A stretch of DNA of 64,000 nucleotides. It comes from Eledone cirrhosa. Its lineage: Eukaryota. The DNA is taken from positions 6,882,001 to 6,946,000 of the forward strand of contig OZ024746.1 in assembly GCA_964016885.1 (NCBI GenBank). Reading direction: 5' to 3'. This document shows, one piece after another, positions 14,576 to 28,461 of the stretch; position 1 is the first letter of the stretch; each line of letters begins with the position of its first letter. Under the pieces are notes generated by a model. It saw only the letters and a program-made list of their open reading frames with translations, was not told the origin of the DNA and did not search any database. The translations under genes and the position numbers were made by a program.

Positions 14576-14809
14576 GTGTGTAGGTGTGAAAAGGAAAACA
14601 ATACTCAATCTGGAAGAGAGCAGAAATATTATGTTCTTTATTTATGTTCATGGAACAAGGCCCAAATTTGACCATAGCTCCAGACTACAAGAGGGGTCAA
14701 ATTAATGGCCCTTCATGTGCTTATACAAGTTTTCTTCCGTGTATAAACATAAATAATGTGTGTGTTAAAACTGACATTAAATATTTCAGAAAATATTATA
14801 TATTCTTAC

Positions 14810-14922
14810 TTGTTTCTGAATGGCCTCAGCTAACAATTGAAGGAACTCATTGGTTTTTTCTGGTTCATGTCCAGCAACAATTTTAGATGGCCTCACAGAT
14901 AATTGTTTTTCAGTAACTAATG
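14810..14922 (-). CDS. TRAF3IP1: TRAF3IP1 coding exon 4
   Basis: TTTAG acceptor; 2 nt complete a Ser codon, then LVTEKQLSVRPSKIVAGHEPEKTNEFLQLLAEAIQKQ; GTAAGA donor; IVAGHEPExTNExLQ is the IFT54 signature. Confidence 0.96.
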
Positions 14923-16473
14923 CTAAATAAAAAGAAATTATTACATTAAAATTTCCACAAGAAATAGTATTCAACAAACTGTTATCACCAGTCATCATCA
15001 TCATCAACAACCTTTTTACATCCATTTTGTTCATGGATTAGACTGGTCTTTTGCAGCACCTATTGCAGACTTTTCGCATCCTATTGGTGAAGTTCAGCCT
15101 TCATCAATTCTTCCTATATCTCCCTCTTCCTCATGTTCCTTACACCTAGATTACTTGGCACTTCTTTACCCAGCTGTCATCCTCCATACATATCTCAAGT
15201 CCATACCAGCACAGTCTTCTCTCGTGCTCACAAATATTACACATCCAACAGATCATGGCAGCCTCATTTCTTTCCAGCCTTTGTACATCCTCCACCGAGG
15301 TCAGCTTTACCTTTCATCTATTCAAAGTCATTTAAGAAAAGTACCAGTCTAATACTGGGGTCGATTGTTCCTCTATATCTCTTTCCCATTTACATTCTCC
15401 CATTCTCTCTATCCTTCTCTGGAGGAAATTTACTATATTCAGACCTGGAGATGGGCTCTGCCAAGTCTAAAGAATGTCCTAGGAATGGTGTGTATCAATA
15501 TGACTCCCTCAGGGGTTATGGGAACAAAAACAACAAAAGAAAACATGTTTCACTAACATGCAATACTGCACATTGTAGAAAAGCCTCATACTAACTGCCC
15601 TTGACTTGGAGAAAGAATTTCTTTTTTTGTCAGCAGAAATAATAGTTCCCTAAAACTGTTCTGACTCTGGCTACTGTGCTTCTAGAACATTTCATCATCA
15701 TCATCATTCAACCTGGTTAGTTGAAACACTCTCAACAATTCCTTTACATAGCATACGAGACAGCATTGCTGTCTCCAGTTCTCCAAAGCAGAGTCCTCGT
15801 GTGCATATATATATATATATATATGATCACACACACATATGCACATATATAGCTATATATATAAATTCCAGGAATATATATATGTGCGTGTGTATATATA
15901 TATATATAAATAAATATACACATATCTATAGACACACAAAGGTTAAAGAATGATGAGGCAGTTTTTGAAAGCACTGTGACAATATAATAGTCTTAAATGG
16001 TTAGAAGCCCAAACACTGCAGATAAAGAATTCAAATATAGCTTTTTATATTCAAAGACTTTCATCAGTGAATCGTTTCAAAATGTTTTTTTTTCTTTTTC
16101 CATGCCAAGTACTTTTTGTGAGAGGAAAACAATTATACACCCTAACACCTGTAGTTCCTTCAACTTGTAACAGCCTTTAAGATGACTTCAGCTAAAACTG
16201 TTGCCTATTCTAAATCTAACTTCAGTATGTCCAACTATTAACCAAAGCTAAAAAGTTTTTGAAAATTTTAAATAAAACACATTTTAATACTTTATATGTA
16301 TTGTTTGAGCTTTTGAATCTTTGAAATAGTTGAGATGCCCCAGTGATAACAACTCCAGAGTAACAAGACTCACTATTTAGCTTTAATAAAATGAATATCA
16401 AAACTCTACTTCAGTATTGAGTACTCTTTTCTCTCAGCAGTCAACCATATATGGATATGTATATATAAATAAC

Positions 16474-16571
16474 TTCTACAGGACTAGAACTATTTCATTC
16501 ATATGGAATCATATCAGGAATGTACATTCTTGATGATCACATATGAATAAAACAGTTCTAATCCTGTAGAA
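16474..16571. repeat. Imperfect palindrome of two decayed hammerhead motifs
   Basis: Centre gaatgtacattc; arm consensus ttc-CTGATGA-ttccatatgaat-GAAA-cag ttctaatc ctg-TA-gaa; a half copy lies at about 43011-43032 (minus). Confidence 0.6.
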
Positions 16572-16738
16572 CTCATTTCTAAATATAATACAGTTGCCTA
16601 TACTCTACCAACATATCGCAGTACCTTTTTTACCTGTGGTTACCACGCAACACAACTCAGGAACCTACATATTATATATATATCAACAAACTTTCAACCT
16701 ATAATAAAATGTAACCAAACAAGAGAGGCAATACTTAC

Positions 16739-16787
16739 AAACAATATCAATTGCTTTCTGCAAGAATTTTATTTTGCTTTCTTTGTC
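16739..16787 (-). CDS. TRAF3IP1: TRAF3IP1 coding exon 3
   Basis: TTTCAG acceptor, DKESKIKFLQKAIDIV plus 1 nt (49 nt), GTAAGT donor; matches IFT54 DKDAKIxFLQKAID. Confidence 0.95.
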
Positions 16788-16939
16788 CTGAAACAGAGAA
16801 AATAATATAACAAGTGTTCATATATATTCCATATGAAATATTATATGTATATATGTAGTGGCTACACACATTGGCTATAATTATTGTGTGTTTGTGTGAA
16901 TATATTTATACTTGCATGAGTGATGTGTGTATATATATA

Positions 16940-17300
16940 TCTTCTTCTTTGCCTACTTATTCCTGAGAGGGTCACGAGGCAGAGTCCTTAAACACTTCTT
17001 CCAGTGGGTCCTGTCAGAAGCAACTGTCTCCAACTGATCCAGCTGGATCCCCAAGTGAGACCAGCCAAGCTCATGGATGTTATCCAAACATCTTGCTCGA
17101 GGTCTACCCCTGGGTCTCCCGCCAGCTAGTTTTGACCAGAAAATCTGTCCAGTGATTCTTTCCTGAGACATTCTAACCACGTGACCATAATATCAGAGCT
17201 ATGATCTCACAATTAGGAGAAGCGGTGGCTCTATCTGGAGTGACTCTCTCATCTCCAAGCATGGCACTCTATCAAGTAATGTTACTCCAATGTCTCTTTG
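16940..17300 (-). mobile_element. RTE-like LINE 3' fragment (third family, AAG tail)
   Basis: YGHVVRMSQER...RPRGRPR; related plus-strand copy at 30600-31050. Confidence 0.75.
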
Positions 17301-19430
17301 GAACATTTACTATATGATCAAATATCCACTACTAGATAGCATTCACTATATCCGTGTTTCACTCATTCTTAAATTTAGTGGTTGTGAAATGAAATCCCTC
17401 TATTTATAATTAATTCAAATCTCAATCCTTAAAAATTGAGGATTATGACAGAGAAAATCCTCTTCAATGAATAGAAAAAGTAAAAATGTGAAGATCTAAC
17501 AAAAAAATAACTTGCTACAACTAGAAATAGCTTAATGATACTCTTCAATGGGTTTTATAGTAAACTAGCTGGCCCCATGTCATCAAAAATGACGGCTAAT
17601 TGTAATATTTTGTTTATATAAAAAGGTACAAAACCAAGTTTTTAGTTTAATAATTCTTTTATGACAAATTGTTTTGTGAAAAAAAAAATATCTGTAGCTA
17701 CATAGATAACCCAAATAATATCTTGGTATATATATGTATGTGTATATGAATCCTTTTCTCTTGCCATACTCTCATTTTGTCTTTGCTTTTCTCTTTGAAT
17801 TCTTCCTTATCCTAACACACTTCAGTGTCTATTAACCTAACTTGTCTCACTCCATTCAAAAATTCTTCTTTGCTGATTTTGTTTTATATCCACCCTAGAC
17901 CATTTTCTTCACTTCTAATGCAATATTCAAATCCAATGAGTACCCTCCTGCTTTTGTTTCTTGGTACAAACAGTCTATCAACATCACTGTTCAGACCAAA
18001 AGCCCCAGACATTGCCATTGTCTTCCTTCCTGGTTTTCCTGTCTAATTCTTAAACCTCATCCTGAGCAACCTTTTCTATGACAGCCAACTTGTATGGTAT
18101 TCCCAGTCACTTTAAGAAGTCTTGAATTTTCAATAGGATTGACTCTAATTTCCCCGAGATCACAACTGGTATCACTTCTACATTACCCTCTTATATTCCA
18201 AATAGTCTTGCCAGCTCCACTTTCAATTCAGAGTACTTGGTGGTTATTATTATTATAATTGATATATGTATCAAGTTGTAAAGTTCAGTACTTAAACTAA
18301 ATTACTGGCTGCACACACCACACAGAACATCTACTTCAAAATATATTTCATATATATCCAATAATATTTCAAAAGTTGCAGTAAATACCTAACAATTTGA
18401 ACACTGCACTCTTAATGAGGTCAATGTCTTGTAATTGTATTCTAGTTACAAAGGTTTCTTCTCTTTTGTTAGTGCTTCTCAACAGATTGAGTTTGTTCTA
18501 GAAATCATTACTGACACCTATAGTAGGTGTCATATATCTTTAATACCCCCAAAACATAATCTGTACATTGTATTTAGAACTTACAATACCAAATGTCGAA
18601 TATAGTGGTAAGTGCATGACCTACACTGTCTAATGTTTGTCCTGAGAGCATAAGAGAATCTGATGAATCAATACATTTATTAAAATCCTAACCCTAAGCT
18701 AGTAGGTCACATAGTTATTCTGTACTGCAGGCTCTTCACTGTAGTTTCATATTGTCATTAAAGTGACATGAAAATTACGATCGGTTATTGACAGAAAATA
18801 TAAAATAACTCCATAGGATATTCAATGGTAGATGTATGAGAAAGTTTTTAACAGACAATTCTTTGAAATGAAGCATTTTGAAATAAGAAATCCAGCAACA
18901 ACAACAACCACTAATACAAACACCACCATTTCACCACAACAACAACAACCACTAATACAAACACCACCATTTCACCACAAAAACAAACAACACCACTTCA
19001 CCGCACAACATTTTTGCTTTAAACATGTCAATTCTACAGAGAGTATTAATTATTTATTGTATAGGTTCGAATCTATAATCGATATTTACCAACATAAGTG
19101 GAATTGAGACTTACCAAATTGATGTGTAAAAACTCTCATCACAATTAATTCTGCACTATTATTATTATTAACAGAAACTTCACCTTATCTGGTGACTTCA
19201 ATGGATATGTAATGCAACACCAGGTTAGCTATTCCCCATACACAGTGGCTATGGTTGTGGCTCAAAAAAGGAAGAGGGAGCAAGGCTCCTAGAATTCTGT
19301 GATGCTAATGAACTAAGCAAAGGAAAAAAAACATAGAAGTTGATAGCTTCTGTTACCTAGGTGACCTAATTAACAGTATAGGAGAGTGTGCCATGTCAAA
19401 TGAGCAAAGACAATTGCATGACAAATAATG

Positions 19431-19643
19431 ATTTCTATTGTAGACACAAGGCCAGCAATTTAGGGAGAGAGGAAAGTCGATTATATCAACCGCAGTGCAT
19501 TACTGGTACTTTGTTTTATTGACCCTGTAAGGATGAAAGGCAAAGCTAACCTCAGCAGGATTTGAACTCAGAGCATAAAGGGACGTAACTATGCTGTAAA
19601 GCATGGTGTCTGATACTCTACTGATATTGCCAATCCACCACCC
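19431..19643 (-). mobile_element. Same SINE family (other minus copies at 42198-42347, 44245-44420, 44757-44937, 63085-63290)
   Basis: Shared ggatgaaaggcaaag...ggatttgaactcag and cagtgcattactggtac motifs. Confidence 0.8.
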
Positions 19644-20829
19644 TAATTTGCATGACAAATACAAATAAAAACTGTATCATTTTGCCCAAGAAAGAAGAAG
19701 GTGTATTTTAAATAGCTATATAATTTGATAAAACTTTCTATAGACCAGTAAAACATCCACCCTTAAATAAAACCTAATAACAAGAGAAATACAAAGTGGA
19801 CAAATGAAGATAGATGTGAACACTAATATCCCCAGAATACATTGATTAATCTTAGCAACAGGTGCAGTGGCCACAAATGAGAGTGGTTAATTCTTCAAAA
19901 ATTCTCATATTGAACTATCTAAAGTAAATAATGTGGAAAACATGCCCCAAGACAAGAGATTCAGAAAAAAATCTGATATAAAAAGTGACATTTCTTAGAA
20001 TAAAATAAAATTTGATTCAAACCCAAGTGGATTTTACAAAAGAAATAGATAAAAAGCAAGAGAAAGAAACCATTCCATCATTAGGGATTACAAAGAAAAG
20101 AACCAATGTTTATTCAAGAACAAAAGAGAAGATTTTAGGGGAGGATATTGAACAGATGATGAATTCTCAAGAGAGAAAATATTAACAAGTGCAACTGCAG
20201 TCATGAAATGAAATACCAACATAGGAAGTTGTCCAGATAGCAAACAAACTGGGAAACAGCTGCAAATGATGGTTAAAATATCTGAAAACTATGTAGAGTA
20301 CTTACAACAATATAGAAGAATCCGTAGGTTTTAGACATATTAGAGGTCAAAATACTGTTAAACATCAGACATACCTTCACTACATTCTATTATTCAATTT
20401 TAATGTATTATAATTCCAGATTTGTCTCCCTTTTTTTTAAACAGAATTAGTCATTTATCATCATCATCATCACCGTTTAACCCTTTAGCATTTACATTTC
20501 TCTATATTTACTATTGTATTTTTGTGGTAGATGCTTTATCTTACATGATATCTCACCAAATCTATGAGATTTTGATGTTATTTACTTTGAGATAAATACC
20601 TTAAGAAAAGTATGAGTGGTCAGTTACAGCCAGTTTGAACAGAAAGAGGTGAGACAATTCTGGCCGGATATGGCCGGTTTAAATGTTAAAGGGTTCATGT
20701 CCATTTTCCATGCAAGCATGGGTTAGATGAGGTGTCCCATTGTGAGATAAAGTCAGGTCAGATGACCATGTATTGCTCATACAGAACTGGTTTTAGCTTG
20801 GTTTCTATGGCTGTCTCAAATATAAACTA

Positions 20830-21464
20830 TGGGTACACAAGAGATGTAATGGGATCTCAGATAGTTTATCTAAGAACATAGATTTTACATGTAGCTGTTG
20901 CAGCAGAGAAGTAAGTAGCAAACAACCACAGGAAATTAGTCCTATCAAATTCTGGGAAGGTTCGGTAGAAGCAGTAGACAACTTCTGCTACCTGGGTGAC
21001 CAAATTAGCAGTGAAGGTGGGTGTCCCGAAAGTACAGTAGCCAGAGTAAGAATGAGATGGAAGAAGTTCAAGTAGTTACTACCACTGCTAGCTACAAATG
21101 TTTTTTTTCTCAAAATGAAATATACACACACATTATATATAGATGAGATGAGATGAGTTGAGAGAGAAACTGTGTATAAGAGGGATAAGTTGTAGTGTGC
21201 GGGAGAGAAGACTGAGATGGCATGGACATGTGATGCGCATAGAGGATGACCACTGGGTAAAGAAGTGCCAAGAAATCCCAGTAGAAGAAAGACGCAGTAG
21301 AGGAAGACCACAAAAAACATGGGCGGAGGTGGTGAGAGCAGACCTCAGATCGCTGAAGCTCACGGAGGAGATGACGAAAGACTGTGGCAAGTGGAGAGAT
21401 GCTGTGCTGAATAGGCTCCATCCCACCCTTGCAAGTAGGGAAAAGCGGACGTAAAATGATGATG

Positions 21465-21465
<1 letters not shown>
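20830..21465 (+). mobile_element. RTE LINE 3' fragment (second subfamily)
   Basis: RLRWHGHV...GRPQKTW, short 3' UTR, (GAT)n; related copies at 33620-33900, 35075-35295, 41525-41975. Confidence 0.85.
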
Positions 21466-21515
<50 letters not shown>

Positions 21516-22274
21516 TCATCATCATTTAACGTCCATCTTCCACACTACCATAGGTTGGACTATATAGACACATATATACATACATTGCTGGTGTTATATA
21601 TGAATTTGTAGTCTTAGAGTACAGGTAGAGCTAAATAAACTGATAGCAGTATATCTGACAACATTCTGTTATCACCCAGGGGAATATAAATGGTAAATTA
21701 TACTTTAGTAGAATTGAAATGTAGGAGAATAGGGAGTAATTAAACTTCACAAAATATTTTGTCCTGTACTTCAACTATTCAGCTTAATCATACTTCCATA
21801 TAAGGAATGAAAGAGAGGAAAGATTGATTAGTATGATAAAGAAGACAGAAAGATTTCTCTGTAGATAAAGGGAACAATAAACTAGAAAATACTCAAGAAA
21901 AACAGATAAGAACAAAAACAGCAAAGAACAAAAACAGCAAATAATAAATAAACAGGCAATTTTTGCAGCCTTGTCAGTGGCAGCCCCCAACACCATTCCA
22001 CCCAAGACCCACAGCCTACAACCTCCCCATTCTCCCTCTCTTCCTTCTGTGCCTTGCTTTCCCCATCCCTCTCCTCTACTTCCCCACACAGCCAGATCTG
22101 CCCTTCCTTACCTCTCCCCCATTTTCTCATTACTTCATTTTGCTTTCATCTTTCTTTCCCATATTTATTTATCTTTTGAAAATGAAATTCTTTGTTTCAA
22201 GATGTCACTCCAAAATATATCAAGGCAAAGCTGAAGGGAAAACTTGTCTATGGCTAATATCCTGAAAGATTTAA

Positions 22275-22492
22275 CCCTTAAGCATTTACATTACTCTATA
22301 TATACTATTGTATTTTTGTGGTAAAGGCTTCATCTTACATAATATCTCATATAATATCGAATCTACAAGATTTTGATGTTACGTATTTTGAAAACAATAA
22401 CATTGTTATTATGAGCGGCCAGTTACAGCCAGTTTGAACAGAAAAAGGTGAGATAATTCTAGCCGGATACAGCCAGTTTAAATGCTAAAGGG
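22275..22492. mobile_element. piggyBac-type MITE (other copies 5028-5383, 20481-20693, 28201-28603)
   Basis: TTAA-CCCTT...AAGGG-TTAA termini with about 14-bp TIRs (ccctttagcattta/taaatgctaaaggg). Confidence 0.8.
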
Positions 22493-23216
22493 TTAACAGA
22501 GAGGAGCTAAGACAACATGAAAACAATTATTGAAATATTTCTAGACTAAAAACATGATGAATACAATGAGTAAAGAGGAAGAAGTGACCACATCATTTCT
22601 GGCTGTCCAGTCTTTGTAAAAGACCAGAAGATATCCAGGAATATAACTGGACAGTCATCTGTGTCTGTTATTACACAGTACTAGAAGAAAAACCACCCCA
22701 AGGGTGGTTTTCTGCTAGCATGTGTAGTGTGTATATTGATATTATACACAGGTATATATACATGTAGATATGATATATCAAATAAAATCGTAATTGACAA
22801 TATACACAGAAATCAAACAAAACTGCGTTACACTGTCTTATGTAATCAGTAACGTAATCCATGATACATTAAAAAGATAAATTTATATATAAACTGCATT
22901 AGGAGAAAATTAGTGACAGAAATATATGAATGCTTATTTAAGCGATCGCTAACCGAAAGTGTTGACATTTGAACATTTTAAAGAAGTGAATCTTAAAAAG
23001 TAAGCAACAAAATTTTTTATATTTAATCAAGAATAACGAAATCTAGTAGATAAATTATGTAATATTCATTCATTATTTATTCAAAGTAATCCAACTTATT
23101 TTACAAACTGGATAAAACAATATATTCTGGATGCAGTCCTGCACTCCTTTCTTTACTATAGTTTAGATGTCAACTTTTCAACATGTTAAGTTGTATATGT
23201 CACACAAGCTTGTTTG

Positions 23217-23828
23217 ATGATGGTGGTGGCGGTGGTGGTGGTGGTGTTGGTGGTGGTGGTGGTAGTGGTTGTGGTGATGGTGATGATAGTGGTGTTGGTG
23301 GTGGTGGTGGTGGTGGTGGTGGTGGTGGTGGTGGTGGTGAAAGTGGTGGTGGTGAAAGTGGTGGTGGTGGTGGTGGTGAAAGTGGTGGTAGCGGTGGTGA
23401 AAGTGGTGGTGGTGGTGCTGGTGAAAGTGGTGGTGGTGGTGGTGGTGGTGGTGGTGATAGTGGTGGTGGTGGTGATAGTGGTGGTTGTGGTGATAGTGGT
23501 GGTGGTGGTGATAGTGGTGGTTGTGGTGGTGGTGGTTGTGGTAGTGGTGGTTGTGGTGGTGGTAGTGGTGGTTGTGGTGGTGGTAGTTGTGGTGGTGATA
23601 GTGCTGGTGGTGGTCGTGGTGGTGATAGTGGTGGTGGTGGTGGTGGTGCTGGTCGTGGTGGTGGTCGTGGTGGTGGTGGTGATAGTGGTGGTTGTGGTGG
23701 TGGTGTGTGGTGGTGGTGGTGATAGTGGTGGTGGTTGTGGTGGTGGTGGTGATAGTGGTGGTGGTGGTGGTTGTGGTGGTGGTGGTGATAGTGGTGGTGG
23801 TTGTGGTGGTGATAGTGGTGGTGGTGGT
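23217..23828. repeat. Compound (GGT)n microsatellite
   Basis: Direct reading; source of spurious poly-G/P/H/T/V ORFs. Confidence 0.97.
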
Positions 23829-24234
23829 GCCCACATCTTCCTAGGAGGGTGTTGAGGAGGGCAGCGTCTTCAAACATACCTTCCAGTGGGTTCTCTCTCC
23901 AACAGATCTGGAGGAACTGTTGTTTCTGACCCATTGGATGGAGTGTTTGAGGGCCCCCTGACCCTCTCAGGAATATGTGGGAAGAGGAGGAGAGTTTCTT
24001 CTCAGGAGACCTCCTGCTGTCCAACTCTCCTGACAGTTTTGTACCACTAATTGTTTAAGTTTCAGCATGCTATGCCCAGCCCCCTTAGAGTGTAAGAAGT
24101 AAAAAGCCGAAACACTCGCTTCTCAGAAGACCTTCTGCTGTCCAGCTCTCCTGGGAGTTTCTATCAATGATATGCTGGCTATGATAAAGAACGTGAACAA
24201 AACCATAGCAGGGTTTATAGCTTTCCATAGTCCA

Positions 24235-24661
24235 AATAACAGCCTTACTAGGCAATAGTACTACAATCCAATACAGTAGTACAACAAACACTGTCAAATA
24301 ACAGCCTTACTAGGCAGTAGTACTACAATCGAATACAGTAGTACAACAAACACTGTCAAATAACAGCCTTACTAGGCAGTAGTACTACAATCCAATACAG
24401 TAGTACAACAAACACTGTCAAATAACAGCCTTACTAGGCAGTAGTACTACAATCGAATACAGTAGTACAACAAACACTGTCAAATAACAGCCTTACTAGG
24501 CAGTAGTACTACAATCCAATACAGTAGTACAACAAACACTGTCAAATAACAGCCTTACTAGGCAATAGTACTACAATCCAATACAGTAGTACAACAAACA
24601 CTGTCAAATAACAGCCTTACTAGGCAATAGTACTACAATCCAATACAGTAGTACAACAAAC
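24235..24661. repeat. Minisatellite, 62-bp unit, about 7 copies
   Basis: aaataacagccttactaggcagtagtactacaatccaatacagtagtacaacaaacactgtc. Confidence 0.95.
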
Positions 24662-25004
24662 ATGTTGGTAGTGGTGTTATTGTTGGAGTCAGCTCAAAAA
24701 AATGATAAAACACCACTACCAACATAAGAATAGAGGTCAGATGTACCTAACAATAACAAGAACAACAACTACAGATTGGCTTGCCTCAGAACGAATTTCT
24801 ATAGACTTTTGACTGAGGAATGTTCTAACAACTGACCAATGAGAGGAGAAGAGGCCCTTTGACGCTGAAATTTGTTTGTTTAAATTCATATGATTCCAGT
24901 TCCTCAGTGAAATAATAACCCAACCAGGAACTGGGCATTTCAGAGTATTGACAAAGTTATACACCTCAACAACATGTGTACTCGTCTCTACCACACTAAT
25001 TCGG

Positions 25005-25059
25005 ACTGCCTGAAGAGGTCACAGCCAAAGATGGCTGTCACCGAAATATATATAGCAGT
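25005..25059 (+). ncRNA. Type I hammerhead ribozyme motif
   Basis: actgc-CTGAAGA-ggt c acagcca aaga tggctgt c acc-GAAA-tatata-TA-gcagt; perfect 5-bp stem I, 10-bp stem II, followed directly by AATAAA. Confidence 0.88.
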
Positions 25060-25218
25060 AATAAACGAAGCCAAATTTTAAACATTTGACTTATTTATTT
25101 TATTTTATTTTACATTACTCCGGAGTAACCAAACCAACCTGCGCACTTCGTCGAGTGCTCCAATCTGCATACTGAGGTGTTAGTATACAACCAACATATA
25201 CTCAAAATATATATATAT

Positions 25219-25442
<224 letters not shown>

Positions 25443-25863
25443 CTGTAGAGAAATGGGGAGGCTTGTATGTGTTGTTCCTAAAAGTTAGGACATTACATGG
25501 TTTCTGAGGAGAACTACAAATAGAGTTGAAACATAAGTCAGGTTGTTCACCTTGTTTTGTTTCACCAAGAAATATATAAGACTTGACATGTGTTTACATG
25601 TGGTGGTGGTCGTGGTGGTGATAGTGGTGGTGGTGGTGATAGTGATAGTGCTGGTGGTGGTCGTGACATGTGTTTACATATGTCAAGTCTTATATATTTA
25701 CTTACACATTTTTTTTTACGTAGCTTCTTTGAAATTTCATACTGTTTCTGTAGTGATATATCAGCTTCTTAGAGCATAACTTAGTATCACTATCATACAA
25801 AAGAAAGAGTTAAAAGAAAGTATATATATATATACACACACACACACCCACATATATATATAT

Positions 25864-25965
<102 letters not shown>

Positions 25966-26789
25966 ATATGTATATACACACATACATATATATATATATA
26001 TACACACACATACATATATACACACATTATATATATATATATAACAAAATAAAATGAAATCAAAAGCAAACACAAGAAAAACAAAGCAGAACTATAAACA
26101 ACAAAGGAAATAAGTTGAAAAACATCATTTGAAATTCAAATAAGGAAACAGAGAGAAATTAAAGAATTAAACAAAAACAACAAAAATATAAGCCCAAAAG
26201 AAGTTGAAAAATAACTATAAGAAGAAAAAATAAAAGAATTAAGGTAATAGAAGGCCGTTCCCAAATATAAATTGTGATGGAAAATAACGGCAATGAAAAC
26301 ACTGAAGTGCGACAGACATTAAAAGCCAAAGAATGGTAACACAAGGAAGCAAGTGTATTATACAAAGCAATAAAGTAGTCACAATGGAAAGTAGACAGAA
26401 CTAAATAACACATCTGAAGGAACATTCAAACTTTAAACAAACAGCATGGGAAAATAACATTGTTTGAAAAATAGCAGAACTCTCAGATCTGTTTGAGTTC
26501 AAAAATGAAAATATGTTAATGCAAAGAAGAGGGACAACTTTATAAAAAAAACATAAGAAAAAAAAGAAAGAAAGTAACTGCCAGTATTAAAGAAGACCTG
26601 AAGTAAGTATTCCTTGATAAAAATCCCAGAATCCAGATATTATCATGTTTGCTCTGGTGTCTCAGAAACTACAGAGTCCAGAAAATCAACATTTATTATT
26701 ATTATTCAGTGGCATTTGTTAACTTGGTGAAGGTGGGTATATTGAAGGTCAGATATCTGGAGTGGAAAAAATTCAAGGAATTGTTCTTC

Positions 26790-27065
26790 TTCTTCGACCC
26801 CTAGCTGATGATTGAGGGAGACTGTCCTCTCAACCGATAAACTGTTGTGGATGCCGTTGAATGATGGACTCCAATGATGATATTTTTCCACACTTTTCTA
26901 TCCAAGGCACTGACCTTAGCATGGTCGAGATTGAGGAGCTGCGATTTCAGGTCCTCTTCGATTTGTTTCATCTATGTCTCCTTCACGCACTGTGCTGGAT
27001 TCTCTAGTGCATGGGTTGCTGTCTCTGACAAAAGTTGATGTGGTCTTCAATGGTTGGCTGCAGCT
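26790..27065 (-). mobile_element. Decayed RTE-like LINE 3' fragment
   Basis: Similar to 6155-6420; AAG-type tail; 43030-43345 is an RT-body piece (EDFLYLGA). Confidence 0.55.
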
Positions 27066-28280
27066 GACGTTCTTGGATGTTGTTAGATCTGCTAACAGCA
27101 AAAGGTTTCTTCCTTAGAGTGAAGGTGTGTATACTGAAGGCTAAATATCAAGAGTGAGAATATAGTGGGAGAAATTCAAGGAATTGTTAGATCTGCTAGC
27201 AGAAAAGGTTTCTCTCTTAGAGTGAAGGCCAAATTGTATGAACTGCAATGCTGCATGACAGTGAGATGAGATGTGGGTCTTAACCAAGAGGATTTGTGAC
27301 AGCTAGAAAATCTGAAGCATGTATAATTTGTTGGATGTGTAATGTTAGTGTATGGACAATGGACTACAAGTGAATTGAAAGAAAAGCTGAATATAATAAG
27401 AATCAAATGCAGTGTACAAGAGAGAGGACTGTGCTGGTACGACAATGTAAAGTGTGGAAGCCAGTTGTATTAAGAAATTAAGAGAACTAGATGAAGGAAC
27501 CTGTGTAAGAAGGACACCAAGGAAAACAGGGTGACGACAAGCCTCAAGGAAAAATTGGAACAGATACCACAAACCATCTGATCCAATTCCATCCAGCCAT
27601 TGCACAGGACTGGTATTTTATCTACTAAACCCCAGGAAAGAATTAAAACAAAATTGATCTCAGCAGGATTTTAATTTAAAATGCAGAGAACCAGAACAAA
27701 TAGCATAAGGCATTCTATTCAATTGTCTCATGACAATCATTTTGCTGCCTTGATAACCATGTTTCCTTCTAGTCATGAATTCTGGAAACATTGAACTCAA
27801 GTAGAATAGCACGAACCAAAAATGAGAGAGAAGGAACACACCACAAATGAAAATCCACTTCTTAGATAAAAGAAGGCATCATGAATTGAAAAAGTAATCC
27901 TTACAACAAGAATAACATTCCTCCAAAGAGACAGCCCTTCTCTCTTTTCCTTTTGTCTACTACTAAACAACCATTAACTACATGATAAAGGTATAGTTAT
28001 TACAGAGGAATGCCAATTATGTGGTGCTGGAAATGGTAACCAAGAAAACTTCTTGACGTGCATAAATGAACTAGAGACAGACATTAGATGTAACTCTCCC
28101 CCACTTATTCTAACTCTCTCCTCACCACCTCCATTATTCCAACCCTTCCTTATTATTTGGGACCCGTGAGTACTCAACTACTTGCATCTTAATTGTTTAA
28201 CCCTTTAACATTTACATTACTCTATATATACTATTATATTTTAATGGTAAAGGCTTTACCTCACATTATCAAATCTACAA

Positions 28281-28461
28281 ATGGATTGGCAGTATCGGTA
28301 GAGGGTCGGACGCCATGCTTTCCAGCATAGTTACGTCCCTTTACGATCTGAGTTCAAATCCCGCCGAAGTTGACTTTGCCTTTCATCCTTACAGGGTCGA
28401 TAAAATAAAGTACCAGTAATGCACTGGGTAATTGCTGGCCTTGCGCCTAAAAGTAGAAACA
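28281..28461 (+). mobile_element. tRNA-derived SINE (MESC-like mollusc core) with 16-bp TSD
   Basis: B box gagttcaaatcc; core ttgcctttcatcc...gtcgataaaataaagtaccag; TSD attatcaaatctacaa at 28265 and 28462. Confidence 0.85.

Noticed and set aside
23178-24024. Long poly-His/Gly/Pro/Thr/Val ORFs
   Set aside because: Translations of a (GGT)n microsatellite that is open in most frames; intronic, no splice support
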